The notes below the pieces were generated by a model. That model saw only the letters and a list, made by a program, of their open reading frames with translations. It did not search any database and was not told the DNA's origin. DNA of 63,823 nt, counting the filler, from Craspedostauros australis (lineage: Eukaryota): NCBI GenBank assembly GCA_030167865.1. It is 4 parts of 4 records of this genome, joined end to end, with 100 filler letters (N's around TTAATTAATTAA, not from the genome) between each part and the next. Parts side by side here need not be neighbours in the genome. Positions count along the whole stretch, not along the records: positions 1 to 28,958 come from JALAGF010004949.1; positions 29,059 to 32,362 come from JALAGF010004951.1; positions 32,463 to 62,288 come from JALAGF010004952.1; 1 more part is not named here. One strand, written 5' to 3'. A program made the position numbers and the translations under genes. Of this stretch, positions 22,061 through 33,627 are shown piece after piece (position 1 is the first letter of the stretch; each line of letters opens with the position of its first letter).

Positions 22061-22366
22061 CCTGCTTGATTGGATTTCTGTTTCTTGGCTATCCAAATGT
22101 TCTTCTTCTGTACTACAGTGTTGTATTGTAGGTTGTTGTCGCTCGCACTTGTGCTACACTCGTGGACTCTGCTGATGTTCCACTCTGTTGTGCGAATGCC
22201 CTGAGAAACTGTTGGTTTCTTTCCTCTCTTGGTTTTGTGGCGACTTGAGGCGACGAGATGTGTCGCTTTCTTCTGCTCTTTGACACAAGCACGAGCTGTG
22301 GCACCAACTGTCATTCTCATTGGCAATGCGTTTGTTGGAGTACCTCGCAGGATCATAACTCTCTCC

Positions 22367-22370
<4 letters not shown>

Positions 22371-22402
<32 letters not shown>
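22371..22402. repeat. (CT)n microsatellite
   Basis: Direct reading, ~16 units. Confidence 0.9.
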
Positions 22403-22403
<1 letters not shown>

Positions 22404-22628
22404 ATGACAGAGAGCAACGGCGGAGTCTTGCACAGTCCACCAGAAGCCATCAACATGGACACACACACACCCAACACGCGGAACACGAAACAGATCTCGT
22501 GTCGTGCATCCGATGTTCATGTGAGCCCAGATTTGAAATTTGCCATTTTGTGTGTTCAAACTCTGTGAGCCAATCAGAGGCGTCTAACGGCATTCTCGCC
22601 GTTGTTTGCGCTCCTTCTCATCAGATAT

Positions 22629-23246
22629 CCCTAATGAGATTTTGGGCCCCCGATGTGACAAATTTGGCACTTCACATTGATGTGACAAATTTGGATCGAT
22701 GTGCCACATTTGTCACATCCTGTGTGTTCCCATCGGCCAGCTGAGGTGGTACTGATAATGTGTTTTCGACTTCCACACAGCGTTATCGTGGAGAGGCGCT
22801 TTTGTGCCCTCAAAAGTCTTGATTGTTGTTTCTCCAGGATTGGCGTTTGTGCTTCTGTTGGTTTCCGACGACGGTGAGACTATTCGATGCTTCACAGAAC
22901 TTGTTTCAGTGCTATTTCCAAGCGAAGTCTGTGATCTTTATCCAATCATTGTCTTTCAACAGTGTCTATGCACGAAGCGTTCCGGTTTGTTGATAAATAA
23001 TTCATTTATGGGGTATGTCCTTAGGGTTCTGAATTCCTTATGTGGCCTTGTTTGCAGCCGAAATTGCCTGCGCCAGAAGGTTCCAGTTAAACAATGAGAG
23101 AAGCCACCACACTGGAGGACCATGTTGGTCTGGCATGCGATCTCACCACCTACACGTGGAGGCCAAATAGAGCTGTTGATGCGAACCCAAAAGAAGTGAC
23201 AAATTTGGCACATGTGCCAAATTTGTCAGCAAAAAACTCATTAGGG
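22629..23246. mobile_element. ~620-bp MITE with CCCTAATGAG...CTCATTAGGG termini and subterminal GTGACAAATTTGG repeats
   Basis: Perfect 15-bp inverted match GATATCCCTAATGAG (22624-22638) / CTCATTAGGGATATC (23237-23251), with ATAT on both flanks. Motif copies lie at ~22654, 22681, 22700 (inverted), 23196 and 23213 (inverted). Confidence 0.8.
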
Positions 23247-23576
23247 ATATCCACGTCTCAATGTCAACGAAAATGTCCAAACGCGGCACTATGCATCAAG
23301 TATAGAGAGAGGAGAGGAAGTTGAACTGGTTGTTGTCGTACGCCTGCCCAACTCTTTCCTCTGTCCTCGCCAACATCCAATCTGTACAAATCGATACTCT
23401 GTGCATCCGGATTGCATGTGCAGTATCGTACGTACATGCATTCTAGTATATTATTCATATCAACGCCACAAGTACGAGCAGGCCAAATGCCTTGCGTGGC
23501 ATCGATTCTCTCTCTCTCCATCTGTCCCCTCGATCTCACCGTCTGCTCCTGAGACGTCTTCATATAATACTTTCCA

Positions 23577-24806
23577 TCAATCAAAATAGTGCTTGACTTG
23601 CTTCCACGTATTCTCGTTGGCGACGGTCTTGATCATGCGACGGATGGGTGCGATAAGATCGTCGTTGTAGAAGGTATCATAGTCCGGTCGCTGTCTGAAT
23701 CCCAACCGTATCCCTGTGGAATCGAGCTCCAGAAAGTCCACGATCTTGTCCACGGTTCGGTTGCAGTCCGTGCTGTAATCTTCGTAATGCACCGTCAGTA
23801 TGGGAACATCATGGTAGTTCTCGCGAATAAACTCGATGGACTCGAAGGCCAAGTTGTGCCACTGCGTCCATTTGAAGAATTCCGTGTGGCACGGCACGTC
23901 CTTGATCAGGTCGTAGTTGATGGGAGAGGCGGACTTGGAGAAGTAGGCCGTCTCCCGGCCAACGTACCGCGAATCGATGTCATCGCACCAGGCACGGAAT
24001 CCTGCCGCATCCTGATCGTGCTTCTCCGTGAACGCGCGGATCTCGGGCCAGCGCGATGCTGCTCGATTGCGATAATCTAGATGGAATCGAGCGATGGCAT
24101 TGTGCATGGGATTGCGGATGAGATGGATGGCCTTGTGCACTCGGCTGGGCGGGTACTCCGTGCTGATGCGACGCCACTTGTTACCATTGGACGATCCGAA
24201 CACCTTGCGTCGGGACCCCGTGGCGCAGCGTCTCAGGAATGTTTCTGTAGTCTCAACGTAATCATGCGGCGCACAGTCCACACAGCGCGATCCGCAATGC
24301 GTCTTGGTCAGGACGTACTTGTCCGGCAACGGACGGGGCGTGCCGACCATGCCAGAAAGACCCGTCCAGTACGGCCCCTCGGGGCGGCGCGGGTAGACGG
24401 AGATCGTGTCGCCCATTTCTGGCTTCGTCACCTCATCGCCGTAATTGGTCGCCACCGCCCGTTCCGACAAATACGAAGTGCTGACCATGGTGAAACTGGT
24501 CCCGGAGTTGGGAAAGCTCATCAGCCACGCGAGCTTCGGCGTGAATTCATCGTGTGGTGTCAGCGCGAACATGCGCTTGGCCTGTCTTCTCAGTTCAATG
24601 TAGGGATACACGGTGGTCTCGTTGCTGGGTATCATGCTGGATTGGGCTAGCGACCGCAGGGTGGCATCCACGTTGGCACCATTGAAAATCACGTAACAGC
24701 AAGCGCAGACGGTGAGCACAAGCATCAGCGTCTTCGCTCTGTCCTGAGACGACAGCAAGCGAGCAGGCTCTGTGCTGGGCAGCGTCATGCGTTGCGAAGC
24801 CTTCAT
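23577..24806 (-). CDS. Golgi-type (type II membrane) sulfotransferase-like protein
   Basis: TM LMLVLTVCACCYVIF. 5'-PSB-like WLMSFPNSGTSFT, KTHC, 3'-PB-like IHLIRNP..NAIARF, and VHYEDY. Confidence 0.8.
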   Translation of the reverse strand: MKASQRMTLPSTEPARLLSSQDRAKTLMLVLTVCACCYVIFNGANVDATLRSLAQSSMIPSNETTVYPYIELRRQAKRMFALTPHDEFTPKLAWLMSFPNSGTSFTMVSTSYLSERAVATNYGDEVTKPEMGDTISVYPRRPEGPYWTGLSGMVGTPRPLPDKYVLTKTHCGSRCVDCAPHDYVETTETFLRRCATGSRRKVFGSSNGNKWRRISTEYPPSRVHKAIHLIRNPMHNAIARFHLDYRNRAASRWPEIRAFTEKHDQDAAGFRAWCDDIDSRYVGRETAYFSKSASPINYDLIKDVPCHTEFFKWTQWHNLAFESIEFIRENYHDVPILTVHYEDYSTDCNRTVDKIVDFLELDSTGIRLGFRQRPDYDTFYNDDLIAPIRRMIKTVANENTWKQVKHYFD

Positions 24807-25555
24807 GATGGTCGTGCCGATCGTCGCGATCTTTGCCGTCGTTGTGCCTTTGCCCAATGCAATAATGAACTGCTCTTCGTTGCAGTGAGTGAGTGTGTGT
24901 GTGTGTGTGCACTTTGCGTCTTCCCTGCTGTGTTGATTCGTTTTATGATAGAGTATGTACGAGCATGTGCAAGTAAGTACTGCACTCTACTCTCCAAGTA
25001 TTGCTGGTCGGCTGGGATTTTGGAGGAGACTTTCGGCCGTGCTGAACATTAACGATGCCAAGCGAAGTACTCTCCTCCACTCTTCTCGACTCGGCTCTAA
25101 TTGCGTATTCTGCTGGAACGATCCTCGGAGCGTGGCGTGATGATCGCTTCCAACGAGAATCGTGGCATCGTCGTCGCAGTCGTTGTGTTTGAATGTATAA
25201 TAGTATTAGACTTGTATTCGTATAGCACTGCGATGCAATCTTTCCTGATGCACGGTTGTGCGTACCATACTCTGTGAGTTGGTATTGTTCCTCTGTCTCT
25301 TCTTGGTTGACACGTTCACATTTTGCTGTCACAAACACCGCATCTTGTTTTCCTTGTCCACGTTCTTCAGTTGTGTTGCGAGCGAAAACGCACGATCGCC
25401 ACTCGCAAAAAAGTGATCAACGGATACATTAACCGTTTTTTAACGTGTGCATGCCAATACCTTGCCCATTGTATGTCACATGAAGCTAGAGAGAATCTGG
25501 GTGATGAAAACTGGAACGATGATCTTGAGCGCAGCGAGCATTACTCCACTTCACT

Positions 25556-27106
25556 CTACTCTGCGCCATGAAATGAAGGTGGAAAGACGATCGGGATGTA
25601 ATCCTCGCGCCGGGCACAGTTTCCATGCGTCCAAGATCGTATCTTCACCATCTCATCGTCGCCGTCGTCACTGTTGCTATTGTTGTGATGCCTGTTTGTC
25701 TGGTTTGTAGATCGATGTTGCTTCGCCTGATATTCATCGACAGACCCCTGAGTCCAGCCATGCTCCAGATCATGACGTATGCTGTGCCACGCACGATGCA
25801 GCTGGATGCACAAGGGTATGTGTTGGTTCAGCATGCATTCCCACGGCTTCTGGCAGATCGTGAAGTGGGCGGTGTAAATCTCCGCAATAGACTTCTGCTG
25901 GCAGTCTTCGCAGTCCTTCTCCAAGGTGCGGCAAACGTTGGATTCCGGATGCCGTGGTTCGTCGACCATGTTGTTGTATGTGCATCGGTTCAGCTCCAGC
26001 GCTCGTTCGGATGCGAACAGACCGTAGTAGTACGGCAAGAAGCCTTGAATCGTTGCGGCTCCGTAGTAGCCTCCGTACTGGTGCTCCTTACCACCCCAGC
26101 CGTGCCTTTGGGTGAAGTTTCCACCCAGTTTAATGAGCCGGATCATGAGATCGAAGTCGGTTTGGTTCGGTTTCAGGATCAGGAAGCCGCCCTGCACTCC
26201 CACCTGATGCGGCTTGCGATGCGGAGGATCCACGGAATTGTAGTCTCGCGTGAACAAGAAATCGATCTTCCTGGGCAATGACGATGCGTTAGCGGATGGC
26301 CACATGGGCTGCACGGTCGCCTTGTCATCGCGTGTGTTGGACGAGAATGGCAGCGATGAAAATAGCGGCGGCTGTGGCGATGGGTCCAACATCGCGTCGA
26401 ACAGGTGATCCAGCGGTTTCAAGAGGATTACGTCCAAGTCGCAATGCATGACGATGGGATACTCGTGCAGCGTGTACGAATATAGCTTCATGAATTCCTT
26501 GATGCCGCAACAACCGCCGTGGACGACTCGTCTCAGTTGCTGATTCTGAAGTTCTGCGACATTCATGGGGGTGTGCCGTATCTGGACATCATAACCGATC
26601 CATTTCAGCTTGTCGGCGCATTCCGATGCATCGGGATGAAGGAATGCCACCATCCGAAATCCGTACTTGGTCGAATGGTTGGCCGCCAAGCGTATTGAAT
26701 TGCGCAGAACCGCAGCGCTGTCGAAGATGGTCGTCGCCTTGGATTGGCACGAAGTGACGGAGATTGCGTACGCCACCGTGATATTGTTGGCACCATCCTG
26801 TGGAACCGATGGTGCCCATGTCGTCGTCACTGTTGACGACGAAAGCATCTCATCGGAAGTCCTGTTTGCGTTGCGAAGGCTGTCCGCATTGGCATGCTCC
26901 ATTTCATGATGTGATATCGTCTCGGGAACCAGCAATGCGCGAGAGACTTTCACATCAAGAAACACGTTCCACAGCACAACCACGGAAACAGCGGCCAGAA
27001 AGAGAGTCCTTCGCGCCGTTCCCCTTCGTAATGAAATGCCGACGTCCATGGTCCTGCTCACACTCTCACCATCTCCCATGCTTTGATTTTGCACGGGTCG
27101 CGTCAT
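25556..27106 (-). CDS. Glycosyltransferase family 8 (glycogenin-like), type II membrane
   Basis: TM LFLAAVSVVVLWNVFL. Motifs EFMKLYSYTL, DxD (HCDLDVILLKPLDHLFD), QGGFLILKP, IQGFL and HFTICQKPW. First ATG is at 27106. Confidence 0.85.
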   Translation of the reverse strand: MTRPVQNQSMGDGESVSRTMDVGISLRRGTARRTLFLAAVSVVVLWNVFLDVKVSRALLVPETISHHEMEHANADSLRNANRTSDEMLSSSTVTTTWAPSVPQDGANNITVAYAISVTSCQSKATTIFDSAAVLRNSIRLAANHSTKYGFRMVAFLHPDASECADKLKWIGYDVQIRHTPMNVAELQNQQLRRVVHGGCCGIKEFMKLYSYTLHEYPIVMHCDLDVILLKPLDHLFDAMLDPSPQPPLFSSLPFSSNTRDDKATVQPMWPSANASSLPRKIDFLFTRDYNSVDPPHRKPHQVGVQGGFLILKPNQTDFDLMIRLIKLGGNFTQRHGWGGKEHQYGGYYGAATIQGFLPYYYGLFASERALELNRCTYNNMVDEPRHPESNVCRTLEKDCEDCQQKSIAEIYTAHFTICQKPWECMLNQHIPLCIQLHRAWHSIRHDLEHGWTQGSVDEYQAKQHRSTNQTNRHHNNSNSDDGDDEMVKIRSWTHGNCARREDYIPIVFPPSFHGAE

Positions 27107-27610
27107 TTCGGCTGCGAACGAGTTGATGGCGATCTGCTTTGTGTAATACGAGAATGGCCGCCTTCGATCTCGCTCTATGATTGCGGATGAATGTGGGTGT
27201 GGTGGATGTTGTGGATGCTGTGGATGCTGTGAGGTACGAATTGGAACACTCGTGCAACGAAGACTGATTGTTGGCCGTTGGATTTGTTCTTCATCTCTTG
27301 TCGGCGAAAGTGGAGTACCTTTTTGTAAAAGATGGCTTTGCGAAAATACGACAATAGCATTCTGAATACTGAGGTGAACAACAGACAATTTTGTGCCGCC
27401 GCTTGTATTTTTCCTACTGGAGTATTTACAATTACGCTAAACCGTTGATACACGTCTGAAGCTCGCCTTCTCTTCCCCAATGCTTGTACTTGCCACGCCG
27501 AAACAAGACTATCTGCGCTCGTGCTCACACTTTCCACACTCTACGGCTATTCCATTCCGTCGATGATCCCATCGACAGCATTCTCACACTTCCATCTCCT
27601 CTTCATCGTC

Positions 27611-28651
27611 CTATTGTGGCTCGACTTCACCCTTCCAGAAATCGACATACGACCTCAGCGCCTCATCGTACGGCGTTGCCTTCATGCCGAACGTATCGAT
27701 GAAGTCGGAGTCGTCGACGGTGTAGTCCTTCGTCCAGATGGGCAACATCTCGAGGATCTCTCCCATGATCCCGACGAAGGGTGAGAGCATCCAGATGAAT
27801 CGCTTGGAGTATGTGGTCACCAAGATTTTCTTGGCGCGCTTCCTTCCTGACTTCCCGTTCTGTGCCTGCACGATCTGGCCAACATCCTGCGCGATGTCCG
27901 TCATCGATTTGCCATGGATGGTGTGCGGGCAGATCCATTTGCGACCGTACGCGTCGTCATTGATGCTCGCGACGTAAAGCGCGCGGGCGAAGTCTGGGAC
28001 GAAGCAAAAGTCGTGGACGACGGTGGACGATCCAACTGCCATGGGCTTCTGCCCTTTGGTGATGGCGCCGACGAAAGTCTCTCCCATGAAGCCGCTGGCC
28101 GTGACGTATCGACCGAAAAAGTCGGCGCCTCCGACGATCACCATGCGGTTGTCATCCAATCGGGGTTGGAATTGCTTCCACATCGCTGCCCTTGTTCCTG
28201 GCTTGGATGGTCGCGAGGTTGGCTGCACGTAAAGCGCAGGATCCTTGCTGGGAGAGATGTTGCCGCTGCCGTAGGCGTAGAGGTTGTCGCAAAATACGAG
28301 TTTTTGGTGCAGTTGCTGGTTGGATCCGGCGAGGAGGTTGTCCGCGATGATCGGCCAGTGCTTAGACCAGTACTTGGCCTCGTATCTGTTGAAGCCGATG
28401 CATGAGTACACGATATCGGCATCCTTCGACAGCGCGAGGACCGACTCTCGGTTGTTGGGATCGCCTTGGAGGACCTGGACGGAAGGCAGATGCGAGAAGA
28501 TCTTCGTCTCTGCATTGCGAGAAACAGCCAGGACAGTCCAGCTGGGTTGTTCTGCAACGACGATATCCACCAGGTGTCGTCCAACGGCTCCCGTGGCACC
28601 GAAAATGATGGCTGTCTTGTTGTCGTTGCTTCTTTTGTTGGATGGCGTCAT
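27611..28651 (-). CDS. NAD(P)-dependent epimerase/dehydratase, atypical SDR
   Basis: Motifs IIFGATGAVG (Rossmann fold), LVFCDNLYAYG, ADFFG and HDFCFVPDFARA. Intronless. Confidence 0.8.
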   Translation of the reverse strand: MTPSNKRSNDNKTAIIFGATGAVGRHLVDIVVAEQPSWTVLAVSRNAETKIFSHLPSVQVLQGDPNNRESVLALSKDADIVYSCIGFNRYEAKYWSKHWPIIADNLLAGSNQQLHQKLVFCDNLYAYGSGNISPSKDPALYVQPTSRPSKPGTRAAMWKQFQPRLDDNRMVIVGGADFFGRYVTASGFMGETFVGAITKGQKPMAVGSSTVVHDFCFVPDFARALYVASINDDAYGRKWICPHTIHGKSMTDIAQDVGQIVQAQNGKSGRKRAKKILVTTYSKRFIWMLSPFVGIMGEILEMLPIWTKDYTVDDSDFIDTFGMKATPYDEALRSYVDFWKGEVEPQ

Positions 28652-28795
28652 GGTAATTGTTGCTGTGATTGTTTCTGTATTTGTGGTGTTGTGGTTGGTG
28701 TTGTGGTTCTTTTGAAAATTGTGAGAGTGAGGATGACGATTGGGACGCCAGGATTCTCAAACCACGATGTTATCGTTGTGTTCCATGATACGTTG

Positions 28796-28826
28796 CTCCT
28801 CCTCCTCCTCCTCCTCCTCCTCCTCC
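28796..28826. repeat. (CTC)n microsatellite
   Basis: Direct reading, ~10 units. Confidence 0.9.
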
Positions 28827-28958
28827 TCTGTCTGATAATCATGTCGTAATGTTTGTGATGGTGGTCTTCCTGGTACTTCCTGGTCTTGTTCCATGATCAT
28901 CAACACCGACTATTTTTCTGCAATCCAGGGGCGGATCGAGATTCGGGTGGCCGAGTTG

Positions 28959-29058
28959 NNNNNNNNNNNNNNNNNNNNNNNNNNNNNNNNNNNNNNNNNN
29001 NNTTAATTAATTAANNNNNNNNNNNNNNNNNNNNNNNNNNNNNNNNNNNNNNNNNNNN
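28959..29058. other. Artificial contig-joining spacer (N44-TTAATTAATTAA-N44)
   Basis: 100-nt spacer with a six-frame stop linker at 29003-29014. Identical spacers occur at 32363-32462 and 62289-62388. Confidence 0.95.
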
Positions 29059-32000
29059 GGAGTCGGCCGACGGAAAGTCGGGGCATTGGCAGGACGCGTA
29101 GTTGTTGTCGTTCCCTGATGCACATGCATCTCTCATGGTCAATACTGTGCTCTCGAGAGCGTTGGGATTGCCTCGCTGTACGTAAAAGTAGTACATTCGG
29201 TCTTTTCTCAAGAACAGAGGGATCTCACCGCTCGCAGGAAGCTGACCAACGCATGAAAAAGATGCGCACGATGAACCTGAAAGCACCGTGACAATCGGCA
29301 CTCCAGGACCGGTGTCAGCCTCGAATGCCTTGAGAGCAACTCCCTGTGACTCTGGCAGCGCCGGTCCCGCAAACCAAACTCCCTCTTCCGTTGAGATCGA
29401 ACAGATTGGTGGAATGGTGACTGTGATGGCCTCACCAGTTGCCGATACTGTTGTGGCAACTTCCACGCTGTCCAGCGATGCGGGTGGATTGTTGATGCTG
29501 TACCCCATATTCGTGATGCCGGAGAACTCACCATCAATCCTGGGGCCTTCAACCAGCGTGAACGCCGATTCGCACATGTCGTTGGCCAGAGGTACGAGGT
29601 TGGTTAGTGTGGCCTCTAAATCCGTTGATGCTCCCGAGGCTTGCACGACGATGAAGTAAGACGTGTCCGTCTCCAGTTGGACGGTGCTCCCATCCGCTAG
29701 GCCGCTCATATCGCACATGAGGGTGTCGCACTTGTCGACGGTGTTGGCTGTCACAGTNGACGAAGTCTTGAAGATGACGGCGGACAACTCCACGCTACCT
29801 GCGTTGTCAGTTAGCCCCAACCGGAAATCCGTGATCGCCAACGCAGATGGCGTTGTGAATTGGAACCACTTGGTCGGACTGCTCAAGCCGACGCCGCACG
29901 ACACGTAGTCGAAGCATGGGTCAGGGTTGCTGGAGCCGTCCGATGCCAGCGCGAAACTGACGCCGTTCCCATAGGTGAGTGCCCCGCCCACTAGCGCTGA
30001 CGACAATTCGTCCGCGCAGTAGCATGTGACGACATTCCTTGAAGAACAGAAGCTTGCGATCTCTGATGGTTGGTACAGCTCGGTTGCGGTGAACGGCGGC
30101 AGATCCGTCACGGACTGAATGATGAGCTTGTAGTCGCCCGCTACCGTGAAGTCCACGGATCGCACTGTGAAGGCTGCGTTGCAGGCAGAGACAATGGCAG
30201 GCTGGCATGTGAACGTGGTGCAGTCACTGCTGATACCTCTGCTCACCACCAGCTTGACACTCTCTTCTTCATCCGTGGTGAAGAAGAATAGCCACTTGTC
30301 GGTCCCAGCACCAATGTCTGCAGGAGTCAAGGTGAGGTTATAGAAGAAGCCAGGGATGGAAGTCTCGGAAGTACAGACAGCCGGTTCAAGTTCGCCTGTC
30401 CGCGGCGAGGAGGGGCCGTCTTCAGATGCACCGTTGAGGGTGAGTTCCGTAGCGCAAACGCAGAAGTTGCTGTTGCTGAGCCCGGAGGATGCACAACCAT
30501 TGGAGATGAACGGTAGGCCTTCTGTCACTGGGACCAAGTCATCAGCATTCTGAAGCAACATGTAATACGCCAGACTGGCGTCGAGGAGAGGTAACTCGAC
30601 TTGAGACGGCGGCTCCGGCCCCTCAGGGTCAGGCTCAAGAATGACTTCCAATGAGCGCGTGCCCACCTCTATCGGTGGAGGAATGAGATCGAAAGAGCCA
30701 ATGCAAGCCAATCCTTCGCAACTTCCTGAAAATACCGTAACCTTCACCTCAGCCGGTATCGAGTCATTCTCAGTGAATGTCAGCCTGTAGACGCTGGCTT
30801 CCGGTATGGAGAATGTCAACCAGACACCGTTTGTAGATGCGATGTTGCAATTTCCCATCGGGTCTGAAAATGTCAGGCCATCTTCTGGAGTCGCATCCAC
30901 AGTCGTGACGAAGTCAGCGCTGGGCTGTGGGCCTTCGCTCATGATATCGTAATCTTCGACAGTGATGAACGCGAAAGTTGATTCTATGTAGTAACCAATC
31001 AGGAGCTGTGCACCTTCACACTTGTCATGCTCGTTGGCATCGGTTGGCATGTCAGTCGGCATGTCGGTTGGATTGTCAGACGGTATGCTGGTCGGCATAC
31101 TGGTTGGGCTGTCTGTTGGCCGAGACGTTGGATTACTAGTCACCGGCATACGGGTTGGCATGTCGGTCGGCTTGCTGGTCGGCATACTGGTTGGATTGTA
31201 TGTTGGCCGAGACGTTGGATTACTGGTCACCGGCATACGGGTCGGCTTGCTGGTTGGCATACTGGTTGGATCGTCTGTTGGCCGAGACGTTGGATTGCTG
31301 GTCACCGGCATACGGGTCGGCCTTCTTGTTGGACTGCTCGTTGGATTGCTCGTCGGTGCGCTTGTTGGTCGAGAAGTTGGTCGACTAGTCGGTGCACTCG
31401 TTGGCTGGGATGTCGGTGCATCCGTAGGTGCGCTCGTTGGCTGGGACGTCGGTGCATCCGTAGGTGCGCTCGTTGGGGTACTGGTCGGATTGCTCGTTGG
31501 CTGGGTGGTTGGCAAATCTGTAGGTGCGCTCGTGGGTTGTTCTATTGGATTGGGCGTCTCTGGGGTGGGCACGCTCGTTGGCTGGGTGGTTGGCACATTT
31601 GTCGGCAGGGCGCTTGGCGAGACCGTCGGCGCTGGTGTTGGAAGGGCAGTTGGAATGTTGGTCGGATTACTCGTTGGCTGGGTAGTTGGTACATCCGTGG
31701 GTGCCGATGTTGGAGCGGAAGTTGGAACGCTGGTTGGTTGGGCGGTCGGGACCGCCGTCGGAGCCGACGATGCCAGCACGGTGGGGTTGCTGGTCGGCCT
31801 GGAAGTTGGCACGTCCGTCGGTGGCAGGATGTCGATGATCTCATCCGTCAGTCCGCAGATGCTCTCCACGCCCATCTCCGTGAGCTTGCTGTTGAGAGCA
31901 GCGTAGAGCTCCAGCAGGAAGGGGCCTCTGTCAGGAATCGCGTCCACGGCACAGAAGCACGTGTCTTCGGTTTGCATGCGACGATGGCGGGGACGGCCAG

Positions 32001-32362
32001 CAAGGTCCACGTTGAACTCGCGATCCAGATCCAGCTCGGTCTGGAGCTGCTGCAGGGATCGTCTTCCGGCACCTCCGGTGGCGGGGGACGTCGCAGAAGG
32101 ATCTTCGTCCACCAACGGCGTGCCATCACCGCATCCACGGCATCTTCCGTTGGTCTCCATGGTGGTGTCACCGAGAACGCATCCGTCCGAATTCGGCGTT
32201 TGTCCGGCGGGGATGTTGATGGTGGTGATCGCGCTTCCCACGAGGACGCGTCGGAAGAGCATGTCGCAGTACTGAGCCGCCAGCTCGTTGTACACCATCT
32301 CGAAGATGGTGGAGAAGCTCTCCAGGTCGGAGGCGGACACATCTGGCACCACCAGCAGCATG
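29059..32362 (-). CDS. Large secreted mucin-like protein, internal fragment (Cys-rich modules, RXL-like sites, P/T repeat stalk)
   Basis: Open frame of ~1100 aa across the whole contig. It has YNEL...CDMLFRRV, CRGC, RRSLQ/RRMQ and CFC, then a ~260-aa PTxxPT tract, then repeated (H/N)DxCxxA...GVW(F/L)...SGSC..L.C.G modules. Confidence 0.8.
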
Positions 32363-32462
32363 NNNNNNNNNNNNNNNNNNNNNNNNNNNNNNNNNNNNNN
32401 NNNNNNTTAATTAATTAANNNNNNNNNNNNNNNNNNNNNNNNNNNNNNNNNNNNNNNNNNNN
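32363..32462. other. Artificial contig-joining spacer
   Basis: N-run with TTAATTAATTAA at 32407-32418. Confidence 0.95.
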
Positions 32463-33627
32463 GCAACAACCATGGCCACCCTTGCCAGCAACCACCACCA
32501 GAATGATCATGGCCAAGGTCAATATTGCTGCAGGCTGTCAGTCACTGTAAATCACTTCCAATTGCTGTCAATCGCTGATCCATACTCGAACACCTACAAA
32601 CATGTAGACTCTCATCTGCCAGCAGCACCAATAATCGTCAACGCGGCAACACCAAATGAATGATCCGGATTGCCAGCCTCCACCACCAATACATCCCAAT
32701 CAGTTCCACCAGACGCCAAGATGAATGCCAAGACAGACATGCTGACACCACCAGCACCATCCAATGCAAGCATCAAGGTGCAGCACTTCATGCATGTCAT
32801 CTACTTGCACTTTGGCCAAGTACAATACAACAACGCGCACTCCTACGTCTGCAAGCGTCTACAGAACGAAGGTGCATAGTGGAGTTGATCCATCCAGGAG
32901 GAAGGGGTCAAGTCGCGAACGTACTTGTACCGTGTTACTGATCTGCTGTCAACGTAGCAAGTGCAGCACCTGCTCGACTTTGTATCTGTCATCTGCGATC
33001 CGCATGTGGTGTGTAAGTGTCAGGAATCGGGTGTTGTGAAACACCGAATTGCCGCACCTCCCAAGAGTGTGGAGTTGAGCATCGTGGAATGCTACACTAC
33101 CGCACCTCCCAATAACCCAAGAGTCAGGAGTCGAATGTCATGAAATGCTACATTACCGCAACTCCCACGTTTGATCATTGTGACACAGAAAAATGTGAGC
33201 TGCACGTAATTCGCGGTGGAGAACGACACGTGCTGAATGCGAACCGTACTTTGGCGTTCATGACTCCAATGCAGGAATGCCAATCACACGTGTATGTCGC
33301 AGGGGGCGGGGATGTTGGAATCGTGACCAACATCACGATACGAGCGACCACGGCCCCCATGTCGCAACCAATGAAAAAGAGTACTGGAGGAAGGCAAATG
33401 TCACGAAGTGTGAGACGGCCTGTGAACGAACCANNNNNNNNNNNNNNNNNNNNNNNNNNNNNNNNNNNNNNNNNNNNNNNNNNNNNNNNNNNATCGGAGT
33501 TGATCAGAGATGATCGGAGATGTGAAACGATCGGAGATGTTTGATGATCGAGGAGCTGAACGAGCTCTCAACCAAGGTGTTCCCGTGACGAATGGGAAAC
33601 CCTGATCTGATCGAATGAACCGATCTG

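Noticed and set aside
28941..28958. Possible 5' end of a tRNA-Leu/Ser (A-box-like TGGCCGAGTTG)
   Set aside because: It is cut by the assembly spacer after 18 nt, so no cloverleaf can be tested.
29003..29014. TTAATTAATTAA as piggyBac target or biological repeat
   Set aside because: It is centred in identical 100-nt N spacers and is an assembly linker.
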